From Thermoanaerobaculia bacterium (GTDB lineage: Bacteria > Acidobacteriota > Thermoanaerobaculia > Gp7-AA8): DNA of 64,000 nt. The position numbers and the translations under genes are program-made. The DNA lies in the NCBI GenBank assembly GCA_036389275.1, contig DASVQE010000052.1:33680-97679 (forward strand), written 5' to 3'. The notes under the pieces were generated by a model. It was given only the letters and a program-made list of their open reading frames with translations. It ran no database searches and was not told where the DNA came from. Of the stretch, positions 12,514 to 24,200 are shown piece by piece. How positions within the stretch are numbered: the first letter of the stretch is position 1; every line of letters starts with the position of its first letter.

Positions 12514-13215
12514 ATGAACACACTGCACGCCTCCGATTTGAATCCGCGACGCACCGCCCGCGTGACGGGCATTCTCTTTCTGCTGACGATCCTCGGCGGC
12601 ATCTACGCCCAGGCCTTCGTCAGCAACCGTCTCATTTCGTTTTCCGACGCGGCGCTCACCGCGAACAACATTCTCACGCACCGCTCGCAGTTCGAGCTCG
12701 GACTCACCGTCTACCTGATCGAGATGGCTTGTCAGGTCGCGTCGGTCGCGCTCGTGTATCGGCTGATGAGACGCGTGAACGGCAACGTCGCACTCGTGGC
12801 CGCATTCATCGAGCTCACCGGCTGCGTGATCAAGACGCTCAGCCGCGTCTTCTACATCACTCCGCTTTTCCTGCTGTCCGGAACGACGGCATTCGGCGCC
12901 TTCAACCCGGAGCAGCTCCGCGCGTTGGCGCTCGTGCTATTGAAGATCAACGACCGAGGAGCGGGACTGGCGCTGGCGTTCTTCGGCGTGAGCGGCGTGC
13001 TGAACGGCTATCTCATTTATCGCTCGACGTTCCTGCCGCGGTTCCTCGGCATCGCGGTGATGATCGGCAGCGCCGGCTGGCTGCGCTTCTTCTTTCCGTC
13101 GCTCCGCTTCCCGCCCTTCACCGTGGTGGCGCTCGTCGCGCTGGCCGTGGCCGCGCTGCACATCTTCTGGTTCATCGTCTACGGAGTGGACGAGAAGCGG
13201 TGGGCGGAGCGATGA
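12514..13215 (+). CDS. integral membrane protein, DUF4386-like
   Basis: 233 aa with about 6 predicted TM helices. N-terminal PRRTARVTGILFLLTILGGIYAQAFV resembles the DUF4386 family signature as I recall it. Assignment is from memory, not a search. Confidence 0.5.
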   Translation: MNTLHASDLNPRRTARVTGILFLLTILGGIYAQAFVSNRLISFSDAALTANNILTHRSQFELGLTVYLIEMACQVASVALVYRLMRRVNGNVALVAAFIELTGCVIKTLSRVFYITPLFLLSGTTAFGAFNPEQLRALALVLLKINDRGAGLALAFFGVSGVLNGYLIYRSTFLPRFLGIAVMIGSAGWLRFFFPSLRFPPFTVVALVALAVAALHIFWFIVYGVDEKRWAER

Positions 13216-13217
13216 CG

Positions 13218-14225
13218 TCAGAACACGTTGATGGTGTGCAGCCACTTCTCCACGAGCATGGGCCATTCGGTGGTGATGGGGTTGGCGGTGGGACGCATGC
13301 CGAACGCGTGGCCGCCCTTCGCGTAGAGATGCATCTCGACGGGGACGCGCACTTCATTGAGCGCGAGGCCGTATGCGAGCGAATGGCGGACGGTGTCGGT
13401 GGGATCGTTCATGGCGTGAATCAGCAGCGTCGGCGGCGCGTTCGCGCTGATCTCGACCCAGGGAGACAGCGTGAGGCTCGTCTTCGGACTGGTCTCGTTC
13501 CAGAGATGGCCGGGGTAGAGGAGGATGGCAAAGTCAGGACGGGAAGGCTCGCGATCCGCGTCATCGACCGCGGTGTAGGTGCGCTTCTCGGCGTTGCTCA
13601 CCGCGGCGGCGAGATGACCGCCGGCGGAAACTCCGATCACGCCGATCTTGTGAGGATCGATGCCGTACGACGACGCTTCGTGACGCAGCAAACCGATCGC
13701 ACGCTGCGCGTCCTGCAACGGAAGCTGGACCTTCGGCGCCTCTTCGATGCCGTCGTGATGCCATTGTTGCGGAACGCGGTATTTCAGGACGATGCAGGTC
13801 ATGCCCTGTTTCGTGACCCAGTCGCAGATCTCGGTCCCTTCGAGATCCATCGCCACCACTTCGTATCCGCCGCCGGGCAACACCACCATCGCCGCGCGCG
13901 TGTTGCGACCCTTGGGCGGATAGACGATCATCGTCGGCCGCGACACGGACCCGGCCCAATACCAGGGTCGTCCCGCCACCAGCCTCGACCCGTTCCCTAC
14001 CTCTTCCGCTTTCTCCGACTCCGGCCGTTGAATGGCCAGTCCCGCGGGCCAAAGCGGCAGTTGCCTGCCCTCGGGTCCCGGCTCCCAAACCATCGTCCGC
14101 CAGACCTTCTTGATCGTGATCGGAGTGTCGGTGCTCGGAGTCGTCTGCGCAGCCGCGCCGGCAGCGAGTGCCAACAGAGTCGATGCGGCGATGAAGCGGA
14201 TTGCGTGCGTGAAGCGCATGAGCAT
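13218..14225 (-). CDS. secreted alpha/beta-hydrolase (esterase/lipase, hydrolase fold-3 type)
   Basis: Signal peptide MLMRFTHAIRFIAASTLLALAAGAAAQ. Oxyanion-hole region MVVLPGGGYEV. Nucleophile elbow GVIGVSAGGHLAA (G-x-S-x-G). Later Asp/His-containing region HAMNDPTD...LYAKGGHAF. Confidence 0.8.
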   Translation of the reverse strand: MLMRFTHAIRFIAASTLLALAAGAAAQTTPSTDTPITIKKVWRTMVWEPGPEGRQLPLWPAGLAIQRPESEKAEEVGNGSRLVAGRPWYWAGSVSRPTMIVYPPKGRNTRAAMVVLPGGGYEVVAMDLEGTEICDWVTKQGMTCIVLKYRVPQQWHHDGIEEAPKVQLPLQDAQRAIGLLRHEASSYGIDPHKIGVIGVSAGGHLAAAVSNAEKRTYTAVDDADREPSRPDFAILLYPGHLWNETSPKTSLTLSPWVEISANAPPTLLIHAMNDPTDTVRHSLAYGLALNEVRVPVEMHLYAKGGHAFGMRPTANPITTEWPMLVEKWLHTINVF

Positions 14226-14263
14226 CTCCTACTGTTCGCGCAGCCGGCATCGCGAGAAACATG

Positions 14264-14299
14264 CCTGCCTTGGCGCGCGCCGAAGGCAGCCGCTTTTTT
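14264..14299 (+). terminator. intrinsic-terminator-like element: GC-rich imperfect hairpin followed by TTTTTT, plus-strand orientation
   Basis: The run gcctgccttggcgcgcgccgaaggcagcc forms a stem ctgccttggcgcg/cgcgccgaaggcag with a one-base bulge. It is followed by gcttttttg with the T tract at 14294-14299. It lies in the divergent intergenic region between the hydrolase start (14225, minus) and the 14422 plus-strand gene. No upstream plus-strand CDS for it to terminate. Confidence 0.35.
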
Positions 14300-14421
14300 G
14301 CCGCAGTAGTAGTCCTTCCGTCACTCTGCCCTTACGTCGACATTGACATCCGGAGAAGCGGCAGTTTAGTCTGACCGTCCTTTTCCCCAGATCCGAACTT
14401 TTAACGACAACCGGAGTCGCT

Positions 14422-15246
14422 TTGCACGATCTCTCTTCGCGCGTCTGCCATCTCTGTCTCTTCGTCGCCGTGGCGATGTTCGCCGCCGGCGCGCTCGCGG
14501 CGCCGCCGCTGTTTCCCGAGCCGCTGCATCTGACGCGCGTCGTGGAAACGCCGTTCGGCGGAGCGACCACGATCGAAGAGTTCTGCCAAGGAAACCGGAT
14601 CGCGACGGTGATCGGTATGCGCACGATCGTCGTCGACTACGACAAGCAGACGGTGACCGAGATCTCGCGCGCCGACGCAACGTACAGCGTCACCTCGTTC
14701 AGCGACGTCGCCGCGGCCACCGCGCCGTCGGCGAAGCGCAGCACGCTGGCGACGAAGAGCAGCGGCGCGAACGACGAGCTGCGCACGATCGCGACGCCGG
14801 CGGGCCGCGACCGCGGTCATTACTTTGCCGTCGAGCCGAAGGCGCACGCGCACATCCGCAAGATGGAGATCGGCGTGGACGAGCGCGTGGCCCTTTCCCG
14901 CGAAGCAGTCGAAGCGCTTCTCGGCGCATCGTTCCCGAACGCGCCGACCGACGAAGCGCAGCTCGCGCTGCGCGCTTCGGCTGAAGGCGGAAAACCGGCC
15001 GGCGACGCGCGCGCGAAAAGCGCCGGCGGAGAGTCGCGCTTCGCGCTGCCGCTCGAGCAGCGCGTGCAATACGACGCGGGCGGCGGCAAAGAGTTCGTCG
15101 TCACGAACCGGGTCACGCGCGTCGGGAACGAGCTCGCGCCGAATGCGCTCGCGGCCATTCCGCCGGGCGCGCACGCGGTCGAGTCGCATTTCCTCCGGAC
15201 CCGCCGCGAGCTCGACGAGCTCGACCATCTTCCGCCGAATCCGTAG
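14422..15246 (+). CDS. small secreted hypothetical protein (274 aa) immediately upstream of the 9232-aa gene
   Basis: Signal-peptide-like N-terminus LCLFVAVAMFAAGALAAPP. No recognisable domain. Ala- and Arg-rich C-terminal half. The stop at 15246 is 14 nt before ATG 15261, suggesting co-transcription. Confidence 0.5.
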   Translation: MHDLSSRVCHLCLFVAVAMFAAGALAAPPLFPEPLHLTRVVETPFGGATTIEEFCQGNRIATVIGMRTIVVDYDKQTVTEISRADATYSVTSFSDVAAATAPSAKRSTLATKSSGANDELRTIATPAGRDRGHYFAVEPKAHAHIRKMEIGVDERVALSREAVEALLGASFPNAPTDEAQLALRASAEGGKPAGDARAKSAGGESRFALPLEQRVQYDAGGGKEFVVTNRVTRVGNELAPNALAAIPPGAHAVESHFLRTRRELDELDHLPPNP

Positions 15247-15260
15247 TCGCAGGTGCTTCG

Positions 15261-18200
15261 ATGATCGTTACGTGGCCGGTCCGCTTCAGAAAGACACATT
15301 TGTTCCTGCTGCTCGTGCTGCTGGCGCTCTGGCCGGCGGCCGCGCGCGCGCAATCGTCGGACATCGCCACCGATGAGCTGCGCATCTCCGGCAGCGGCCT
15401 GACGCTCGACGACGTGGCGAAAGTCGCGTCGGTGAACATCCCCACGACGATCCAGACGCGCTTCGCCGGCTTGATCAACGACCAGGCGCCGGAAGTGCGC
15501 GACCTCAAGGCGGTCGGCGAGCTCACCGGCCCTTCGCTCACCACGCCGCTCCGGCTCGAAACCGAGCCGGGGCACGCCTTCCAGATCCCCGGCCTCGCGC
15601 TCGAGGGCGACTACCTCCTGCAGAACGTCCGGCTCATGCGCGGCGACACGTTCGTGCAGGCGTCGGCGAAACCGAGCGCGCTGATCAAGGTCACGACCAT
15701 CCTCGTCGCGGACGTCAAGATCACGCAGCTCACGCCCGAGCAGATCCGCGCGCGCGGCATCGTCATCGACGCCACGCACTTTGACGTCTACCAATACACG
15801 CTGACCTTCTACATCGAAGGGAAGCCGGTCGAGATCCCGTTCCCGGTGATCATCGACAAGACCAGCGGCGAGATCACGCTGCTGAGCGGCCCCGATGGAT
15901 ATGGCCTGACGAATCCGATCCCGCGCGAGCTGCCGCGGTGGGAGCCGCCGTCGATCTATGCGATCGGCTGGAGCGAAGACGGCGGCGAGGACGAACCGGA
16001 GGAGAACGAAAAGGAGCCGAATGAGGATGGCCCGACCATTCCCGCGGTGATCGTCATCCCGAACAGCGTCGGCGTGCTGCATCAGTTCTTCGTCGTATCG
16101 CTGAGCGTGCGCAACAACGCGCCGGCGGGATCGGCGATCCGCCTCTCCGACATCACGGCCACGATGCTGCCGCCGCCGGAGCTGCGCGTGGCGAAGACGC
16201 AGCCGGCGGTGCCGTTCGGAAGGCCGATCTCGCTCACCGATCCGAACACCGGCGCGACGTTCCTGATCGCGCAGGCGGAGGCGAAGGCGGAGTGGACGCT
16301 GGAAGGCCTTCGCGCCGGCACGCATGTGTTCGAGCTCGACCTCGCGGCCACGTATCAGGAGTCGCCCGCGGCTCCGGCCATTCCGATGCGCGCGCACACC
16401 CGGCACGCCATCACCGTCCACGACAACCGCTTCAACATCACCTTCGCGCATCCGGAGACGGTGCGCAAAGGGATCGACTACTCGACGTGGTCGTTCGTCA
16501 CGAACATGTCGGGAGCGCTGCAGACGCTGCATCTGCGCAGCGACCTGCACGCCTGCGGCGGCACCGGCACAGTGGGCAACGTCTGCCGCGTCGACGATGC
16601 CTTCGCGAACGTGCCGTCGTGCGAGGCCGAGCCGGGCGCGCGGCTCTGCCTCGTCGACGCGGTGAACGGCGTCATGCAGCTCGTGCTCGATCCCGGCGAG
16701 ACGCGCGGCGTCGAGTTCAAGCTGCGCTCCGGCGTGACCGGCTCGGTCTACGCGACCTCCGGCTCGTTCGACGAGCCGCTCACCGGATCGGTGCAGCTCA
16801 CCATGGGCGTGAGCGAGAGCGGAGTGCCGCTCTCGCCGGCGGTGCTGCTCATGCCGCACTACGCGCGCTATCTCGATCCGTCGTTCGTTTCCGACAACCT
16901 GCAACTGCTCGGCCTCGGCTACAGCGTGGCCACCGCTCCGATCAACGAGTACAGCGCGCGGCTGCCGCGCATCATCCGCTCGGACGTCTTCACCCGCGCG
17001 GTCGACATCTCGCGCGCGGGACAGCGCCTCTACATCGGCGAAGAGAAGCGTGAGGCGTTCACGCATCTCGCCCTCGACCTCCTCGGCAACGGCGAGCTGA
17101 ATCAGCTCTCCGAATACGACGCCCTGCGGCGGCGCGAGTTGAGCGGCTACGTGGCCGGGAAAGCGCTCGCGGCGCAGCTCTCCGCGGCGGCGCTGCCGGA
17201 CGCGGCGTCGTTCGATCGCTTCCTCTCCGACTTCGGCACCACCACCGCGCATCGCGAGTCGTATCTCGCGGCGCTGGTCCATGGCGCGGCCGCGGCGGGC
17301 GAGCGTCCGTACGCGATCCACGTGAAGAACATCGCCACCGGCGCGGCGCTCGATCTGCCAAACGAGCTGGCCACGTTCTCGCGGCGCGGCACGCGCGACA
17401 TCCCGTTCGGCGATCTCTCCAGCCTCACCAGCGCGGACAAGACGCGCACCGGCGAGCTCGCGCTGGTGGGCGCGTGGAAGGGTCCGTACGAGCTGACGGT
17501 GAAAGCGGCCGCCGGCGCGTCGTTCTCACTCGACGTGCTCCTGCCGGCGAGCGTGCCGGCGAAGAAGCGCCTGGTGCGCTTCCAGATCGACGCGATGCCG
17601 GCCGGCGACCTGACGCTCGTGGTCGATCCCGCCGCGCCGGCGCTCACGCTCGCCGGCGGCGGCCGCACGTTCACGCCGGTCAGTGATCGCGAGCTCGACC
17701 CGGCGCCGCTGCGCATCATCGGCGCGCGGCAGGACCTTCACCTCGACATCACCGGCCACAAAGTCGCGCTGCTGTTCAACCGCCCGCCGGACGAATCGCG
17801 CCTGCCGAGCGTGCGCGATCTCTTCCAGACGAAGGTGCATTTCAGCCAGGGCTCGATCGCGTACGACGGCCCGCGCCCGATCGACGCCGCCACGTTCCAG
17901 GGCGACGGCCGCACGGTCTACATCACCCATTCGCATGCGCTGCACGTCAACGCCAGCTACACCATCACCCCGAAACCGTTCCGGGATCCGCTGACCGGTC
18001 AGGACGTCTCGCTGCCTGCATTGCCGGCGGCGATGGTCAACGACATTCCGGCGGCGATCATCTACGGCCAGGTGCTGCGCGGCGACAACCATCCCGTGCC
18101 CGGCGCGCAGGTCGCGCTCTCGACGCATGGCGACCAGGACCCCGACACGCAGGGCGACGAGACCATTCAATACGACGTCGCGTCCGATCCCGACGGCGCA

Positions 18201-21200
18201 TACCTCTTCGAGTGCGTGCCGCGGAACTTCGGCACCGGCAACGGAACGTATCTGCTCTGGGCGACCGACTCGAACGGCAAGCAGACCTCCGCACAGGGTG
18301 CAGCGCGTCTCGCATACGTCGCCGATCGTGTGAACCTCGTCTACCTCGGCCGCGGACGCGCCGCCGGGCAGGTGCGCTACCACACCGGCGAACCGCTCGC
18401 GAACCGGCAGGTCGTGGTCGGCAGCACGATGTTCGGCGACGCGCGCAACGCCACCACCGACAGCACCGGCCACTTCGAAGTGGGAGACCTGCCGGTCGGG
18501 CCGCTGACGTTCAGCGTCTCCGACGCCGCGGGCAATTTCGCCTGGGCGGCGAACGAGATCGCCACCGCCGACTCGTCCATCGTGCAGGACCTCGTCATCT
18601 ACAAGCAGCCGTTCCCCGGAACCGGAACCGTGCGCGTCTTCGTCAAGCGTTCCGACACGCAGCAGCCGGTCCCCGGCGCGACGGTCGGCGTTCTTCGCGA
18701 AGGCGTGCAGGTCGGCCTCGTCACCACCGGCGCCGACGGGCGCGCCGAATTCACCAAAGTGCCGGCGGGATTCCTCTCGATCCTCGTGGCGGAGTGGGAC
18801 GTCTCGCGGCAGCTCGCCGCGGCGGACGTCGAGCTGACCAACGACGAAGTGGAGGACCTCACCTTCACGCTGAGCGTCAGCAACGATCCGCTCACCACGA
18901 TCACCGGCACGGTGCGCGAGGCCGATCCGGCGTTCCCGCAGGACGAGACGAAGGCGAAGCCGGTGGCGGGCGCGATCGTCGAGATCTACGGCCTCAATCC
19001 CGTCATCGCCGCACAGGACGGCTCGTTCGTCTTCACATCCGTCCCGGTGTCGAAGGCGGGCGCGGCGGTGCGCGCGCGGAGCCCGCTCTCCGGACGCGTG
19101 GCGACCCTCAACGTGCCGCGGCTCTCCGCATCGGAGACCGCGTCGATGCCGATCTACATCGCGGCGAACGCGGCGTACGGCAAAGGAACGCTGCGCGTCA
19201 AACTGCTCGATGCCGCCGGCAATCCGCTCGGCGGTGCAAGCGTCTTTTTCCCCGGATTCCCGCTGAAGTTCTTCAAGCCCGTCGCCGGCCAGACCGGCTC
19301 GTACGAGATGCGCGACCTGCAGACGAATCAAAAGTACGAGATCGTCGCGCTGCCGCCTTCGTCGATGGGCGACCAGTTCGCGACCGCGGAAGCGGAGGTT
19401 CTCTTCGACGGTCAGACCGCGCTCGTGCCGATGCGGCTGCAGGGTGCGGGCAAGGTGCGCGTCGACCTGAAAGCGGGCGACATCGCCGCGATCGGACGCG
19501 TGAAGATCCGCTACGCCGCGTTCGATTCGAAGGCGCAAGGTGTGGTCGACAAACTCCTTGAGCTCACCACCGATGACGGCAGCGGGAAAGCGGGCGTGGC
19601 GGTGTTCGCCGGCGTGCCCGTCGGCGCGTACGAGGTGTGGTCGGAGGACGCAGACCTCGGCTACGCGAATTACGAGAGCACCATCCACTACGACGGCGAG
19701 GTGACGGACGTTCATCTCGTCAGCAGGAAGCTCGCGGTCGTTCGCGGAACGGTGGTGGCGCTCGACGAGCTCACGCCGCAGCCGAACCTCCTCGTCACGC
19801 TCGACGACGGCGTCTTCAAGTACACCGCCGTCACCGCGGAAGACGGCACGTTCGAGCTCCGCAACATCCCCGGCGGAATCGGGTTCCGCATCTACGTCGC
19901 CACGACCGTCGGAGACACCTACCGCGTCGGCTTCATCGACGGCCGCACGCCGGAATCGGGCGGACTGTTGGAAGGCGTGAAGATCGTGCTCAAGAAGATC
20001 GGCACGATCCGCGGCAAAGTCGTCTACAAGGGCTACAAAGTCTTCGACCCGAAAGACGCGTCGAAGAACGTCGTCGATCCGACTCCGAACGATCTCTCCG
20101 ACAACGCGCCGGTGCCGCTGGCGTCGTTCACGCTGTCGGAGCTCGAGTTCCCGAACCGCAGCTTCGGAGAGCGCACCGAGCCGCGCTCGGCGGACCTCGG
20201 CGGCAACTTCCAGCTCAACGGCATCTTCGCCGGGCCGCTGCGCATCAGCGCCTGGTCGCGCGAGAACCTCGAGCTCACCGGCGAGTGGACCGGCGCGATC
20301 GCGGATGAAGGGCAGACCGTCGAAGCGTACGTCGGGATCGGCGCCGGCGGCGCGGGCCCGCTCACGGTCCGCGTCTACGATCCGAATCACGCCAACGAGC
20401 CGGTCTTCAACGCCGAGGTCAGCGTGTTCCGGCAGTTCAACGGAGAGTCGGTGCTGTTCGACTTCACCACCACCGACGCGAACGGCGTGGCCGTCTTTCC
20501 GCAGCTTCCCGCGGAGAAGTACCTGGTCCGGGCGTTCGCGAAGGTGACGGGCAACTCGGGATCGGCGGAAGTGACGGTCGATCCGATCGCCGGCGGCTCG
20601 ACGGACGTCCTGTTGAAAGTCAGCGGCAAAGTCACCGGCGTGCTGCGCGACGGCAACAGCGGGTTGGGCGTTGCCGCCGTTCCGGTGAGCCTCTACGCCG
20701 ACGGCTATTCGACGCGCGAGACGTCGGACGAACACGGCAACTACGAGTTCATCGGCGTGCGCCAGGGACGCTTCGTCCTCGACGCCATCGACCAGGCGTT
20801 CCGCCGCGCGCGCGCCGACGGCGAGATCACGCTCGCGCAGCCGGCGGCGAACATCGATCTCACCCTCGACCCGATCTACACGCTGCACCTGAAGGTCGTC
20901 TATCCCGCGGACGACGGCTCGCCGTCGTCCGTCGAAGTGCCGGCCTCGCAGGTGAGCGCGAAGCAGCGCTGCTTCGAGTACGGCTTCACCGAATTCACCC
21001 GCACCGTCCGGTGTGACTACGACCGCCGGCTGCAGGTGCCGGGAAATGACTTCCCGGGTCTGTTTCAAGACGCACCGGTCAGGCTGTCGATCGACGAGGT
21101 CGGAGGGAAAAAGCGGAACGTCCGCCTCGACTCGCGCTACCCGGCCGGCAGCACGGCCGAAGCGCCGCTCGTGGTGACGCTCCCGGCATCCGGCACGGTG

Positions 21201-24200
21201 CGCATCCTCGTGCGGCAGGCCGGCGGCAGCGAAGTCGCCAACGCGCACGTCCGTGTCTTTTCCACGGCCGGCGCGTTCGACGCGTACACCGACGCATCCG
21301 GCGTGGCGCTCGTGCCGGGCGTGCCGCTCGGCACCTTCACCGTCACCGCCGAAACGGTCGACGGCACGTTCAGCGTGCGCACCGGTGAGCAGGAGCTCAA
21401 GAGCCAGTCGGTGACGAAAGACCTCATCGTCACCCTCGGCGCGTTCGTCACGCTGACCGGACGGGTGATCAAGGAAGACGGCAGCGGTCCGGCCGTCGGC
21501 ACGCACGTGGTCGCGTCCTTCAACACCGATCGCGTCGATCTCATCACCGACGCGGAAGGCCGCTACCGCTTCGTCGGCGTGAAGGTCGACAGCGGACTGG
21601 TGACGCAGGTCCGGATCGAGTTCGTCGGCGAGGACGACGCCACTTCCGGCGGCGTGCTGACCGACACGCTCGCCACCGGCGACGCCGGCAAGGTGAAGGA
21701 CTACGGCGACTGGCGCCTCGACGCGACGGCGCCGCGCATCCTGTCCATCGATCCGGCCGACAACGCGCAGAACGTCTCGCCGGACGCGAAGATCAACATC
21801 GTCTTCAGCGAGAAGGTCCAGCAGGGCCTCTTCGAGATCTCCACGGCCGACAACGAGGCCGTGCAGTTCACGCAGACGAAGGTCGAGCAGAACGGCAAGG
21901 AGCTCTACGCGCTCACGCCGCTGCCGCCGAAAGACAATCCGCTGCCGCTGCGCAGCAACACGCTGTATCGCGTCGTCGTCAAACATTTCGCGGACTTTTC
22001 GGGACACGTGCTGGCGGACCGCGCCTTCAGCTTCGTCACGGCCGACTACATCGCGCCGAAGGTGGTGAAGGTCGCACCGGCGGTGACGCAGCCGGTGCAG
22101 CGATCCACGACCTTCGTGGTGACATTCAACAAAGCGATCTCGCGCGCCGCGCTCGAGTCGGGCGGCACGACCATCAAGCTCTATCGCACCGCTGGTCTCG
22201 CCGCCGACGCCGCCGTGCTCGGCGAAGTGACGGGCACGTGGTCGCTCGACACGCCGGGCACGGGGCTCTCCTTCGCGCCGGCCGACTTCCTGCTGGAGAA
22301 GTCGTTCTATCGCCTCGTGCTCAACGGCGTGCGCGACACGAACAACAACGTCTCCGAGCCGCTCCGCTTCGACTACCGCTCGTTCGACAAAGACGCGCCG
22401 TTCGTGGTCATCCCGTCGCCGGTTCCCGCCGGCTATCCGCTCGTGGCGGGCGTCGGCTACACGATCCATCCGGAGCTGCACGACGGCAGCGCGGCCGGCG
22501 CGCTGGCCGACGACGTGTCGCAGGTCGACTACTTCGTCACCGTCGACGGCGTGGCCAAGCCGCCCGTCTCCTTGCGCGTCGCGCCCTTCGACTACTACTT
22601 CGTGGCCGACCCGACGCTCACCAGCGGCACGCGCCGCATCACCATGCGCGCGCAGGCGACCGACGCCTCGCTGAACCTCGGCGAGATGAGCGCCGAGGTG
22701 AGCTGGGACGTGGTGCCGAACCAGGCGCCGAAGGCGCTCGGCCTCACGCTGGTCGAGCCCGATCGCGCGTTCGCGGGAAGCGACGTGAAGCTCCTGCCGT
22801 CGTTCACCGACGAAGGGACGTTCGTCTCGCTGCAGGCGCACGCCACGGCGCAGCGGAAAGACGGCACGACGTGGAGCGGCGATGCCGCGCCGGTCGAAGC
22901 GCGCCGCGACAAAGTCGATGCGGCGTGGACCTTCAAGCCGTCGTATCTGATCGTCTCGCTGCCGCGCGACGTGCAGGACGGCGCGGTGGTGAGCGTCACG
23001 CTCACCGCGACCGATGCCGCCGGAAAAACCGCGACGCTCAATCCGCCGTTCACGTTCACCGTCACCGCCGACACGGCACGTCCGACCATCCACGCGATGT
23101 CGCCGGCGTCCGACACCGAATTCCGGCGCGACGAGAAGTACACCATTCAGGCGCTGGTGAGCGACGGCGAGAGCGGCGTCGCCGAAGTGACGCTGAAGGC
23201 GGGCGACTTCTTCTCCGTGACCATGCATCCGGGTGAGGCGGGCGTGAGTGCCGGCTCGATTCCGGGGACGCTGAAGTTCGTCTCGCCGCAGATCACCGTC
23301 GTCGCGCCGAACGTCGACACGCGCGTGCCGATCGTGGCGACGGTGAAGGACGCGAACAACAACGTCACCACGCGCACCATCGAAGTGATCTACATCGGCG
23401 TGAATGATCCGTCCGCGCCGAAGGGCTCGTGGCAGTGTCCGGTGAACCGCGCCATCTGGCCGGCCGATCAGCCGTCGTTCGCGGCCACGCTCAGCGTGCA
23501 GGCCAGCGACGACATCGCCGTCACGAGCGTGCAGTTCGTCGTCCCCGGCCTGGCCGCGCCGGTGACCGCGACCGCGTCCGGGAACGGCTTGTATCAGGCC
23601 ACCGTCACGATGACGACGCCGAACGCGGCGTCGATGACGATCAAAGCGATCGTCAAGGACTCGGTCGAGTCGCACACGCTCGAGCTCCCGATCACCATCG
23701 ACCTCGTCCCGGTCGAGCGCGTCATCGACGGGCGCGTGCAGCCGGTCACCGCCGACAACCTCGCCGACTATCAGAACAGGAGCGTGATGGTGCGCGGCGC
23801 CGGCGCGGAGCTCGCGCTGCACGTGCCGGTCACGTTCGCAAACCTGCTCGTGCTCGAAGGCGCGCGCGTCTACAGCCTGCCGACGACGACTACGCTCGAG
23901 CGGAAGCTCACCATCGGCATCACCAACGCGATGTACGTCGACTGCGCCTCGAAGGTCGATCACGACAACGGCGGCTACCTCGGCGGCTGGCAGCACGAGA
24001 ACAACAGCAGCACGCGCAACGAGAGCGCGCGCGGCCGCACCGTCGGCAACGTCGCCGCCGGTGCGACGCCGCTGTCGTCGGCGAGCCACGGCGGCCGCGG
24101 CGGCGAGCGCTATCAGGGCGGCACGTCGAACGGAACCTACGGCTCGATCTTCACTCCGGCCGATCTCGGATCGGGCGGCGCCGGCGTTGCGGACCGCGAC

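Noticed and set aside
17526-24089. Very long minus-strand ORFs (17526..24089, 25440..28823, 28992..34487, 39936..42935, 43136..47710, 47894..50950, 51380..55648, 56375..58309, 58352..61798) and the plus-strand alternate-frame ORF 58621..62271
   Set aside because: They lie antisense or out of frame to plus-strand genes that are validated by signal peptides and conserved repeat domains. Their translations are Arg/Ala/Gly/Asp-rich low-complexity strings with no motifs. Such stop-free shadow frames are the expected artefact of about 70% GC coding DNA.
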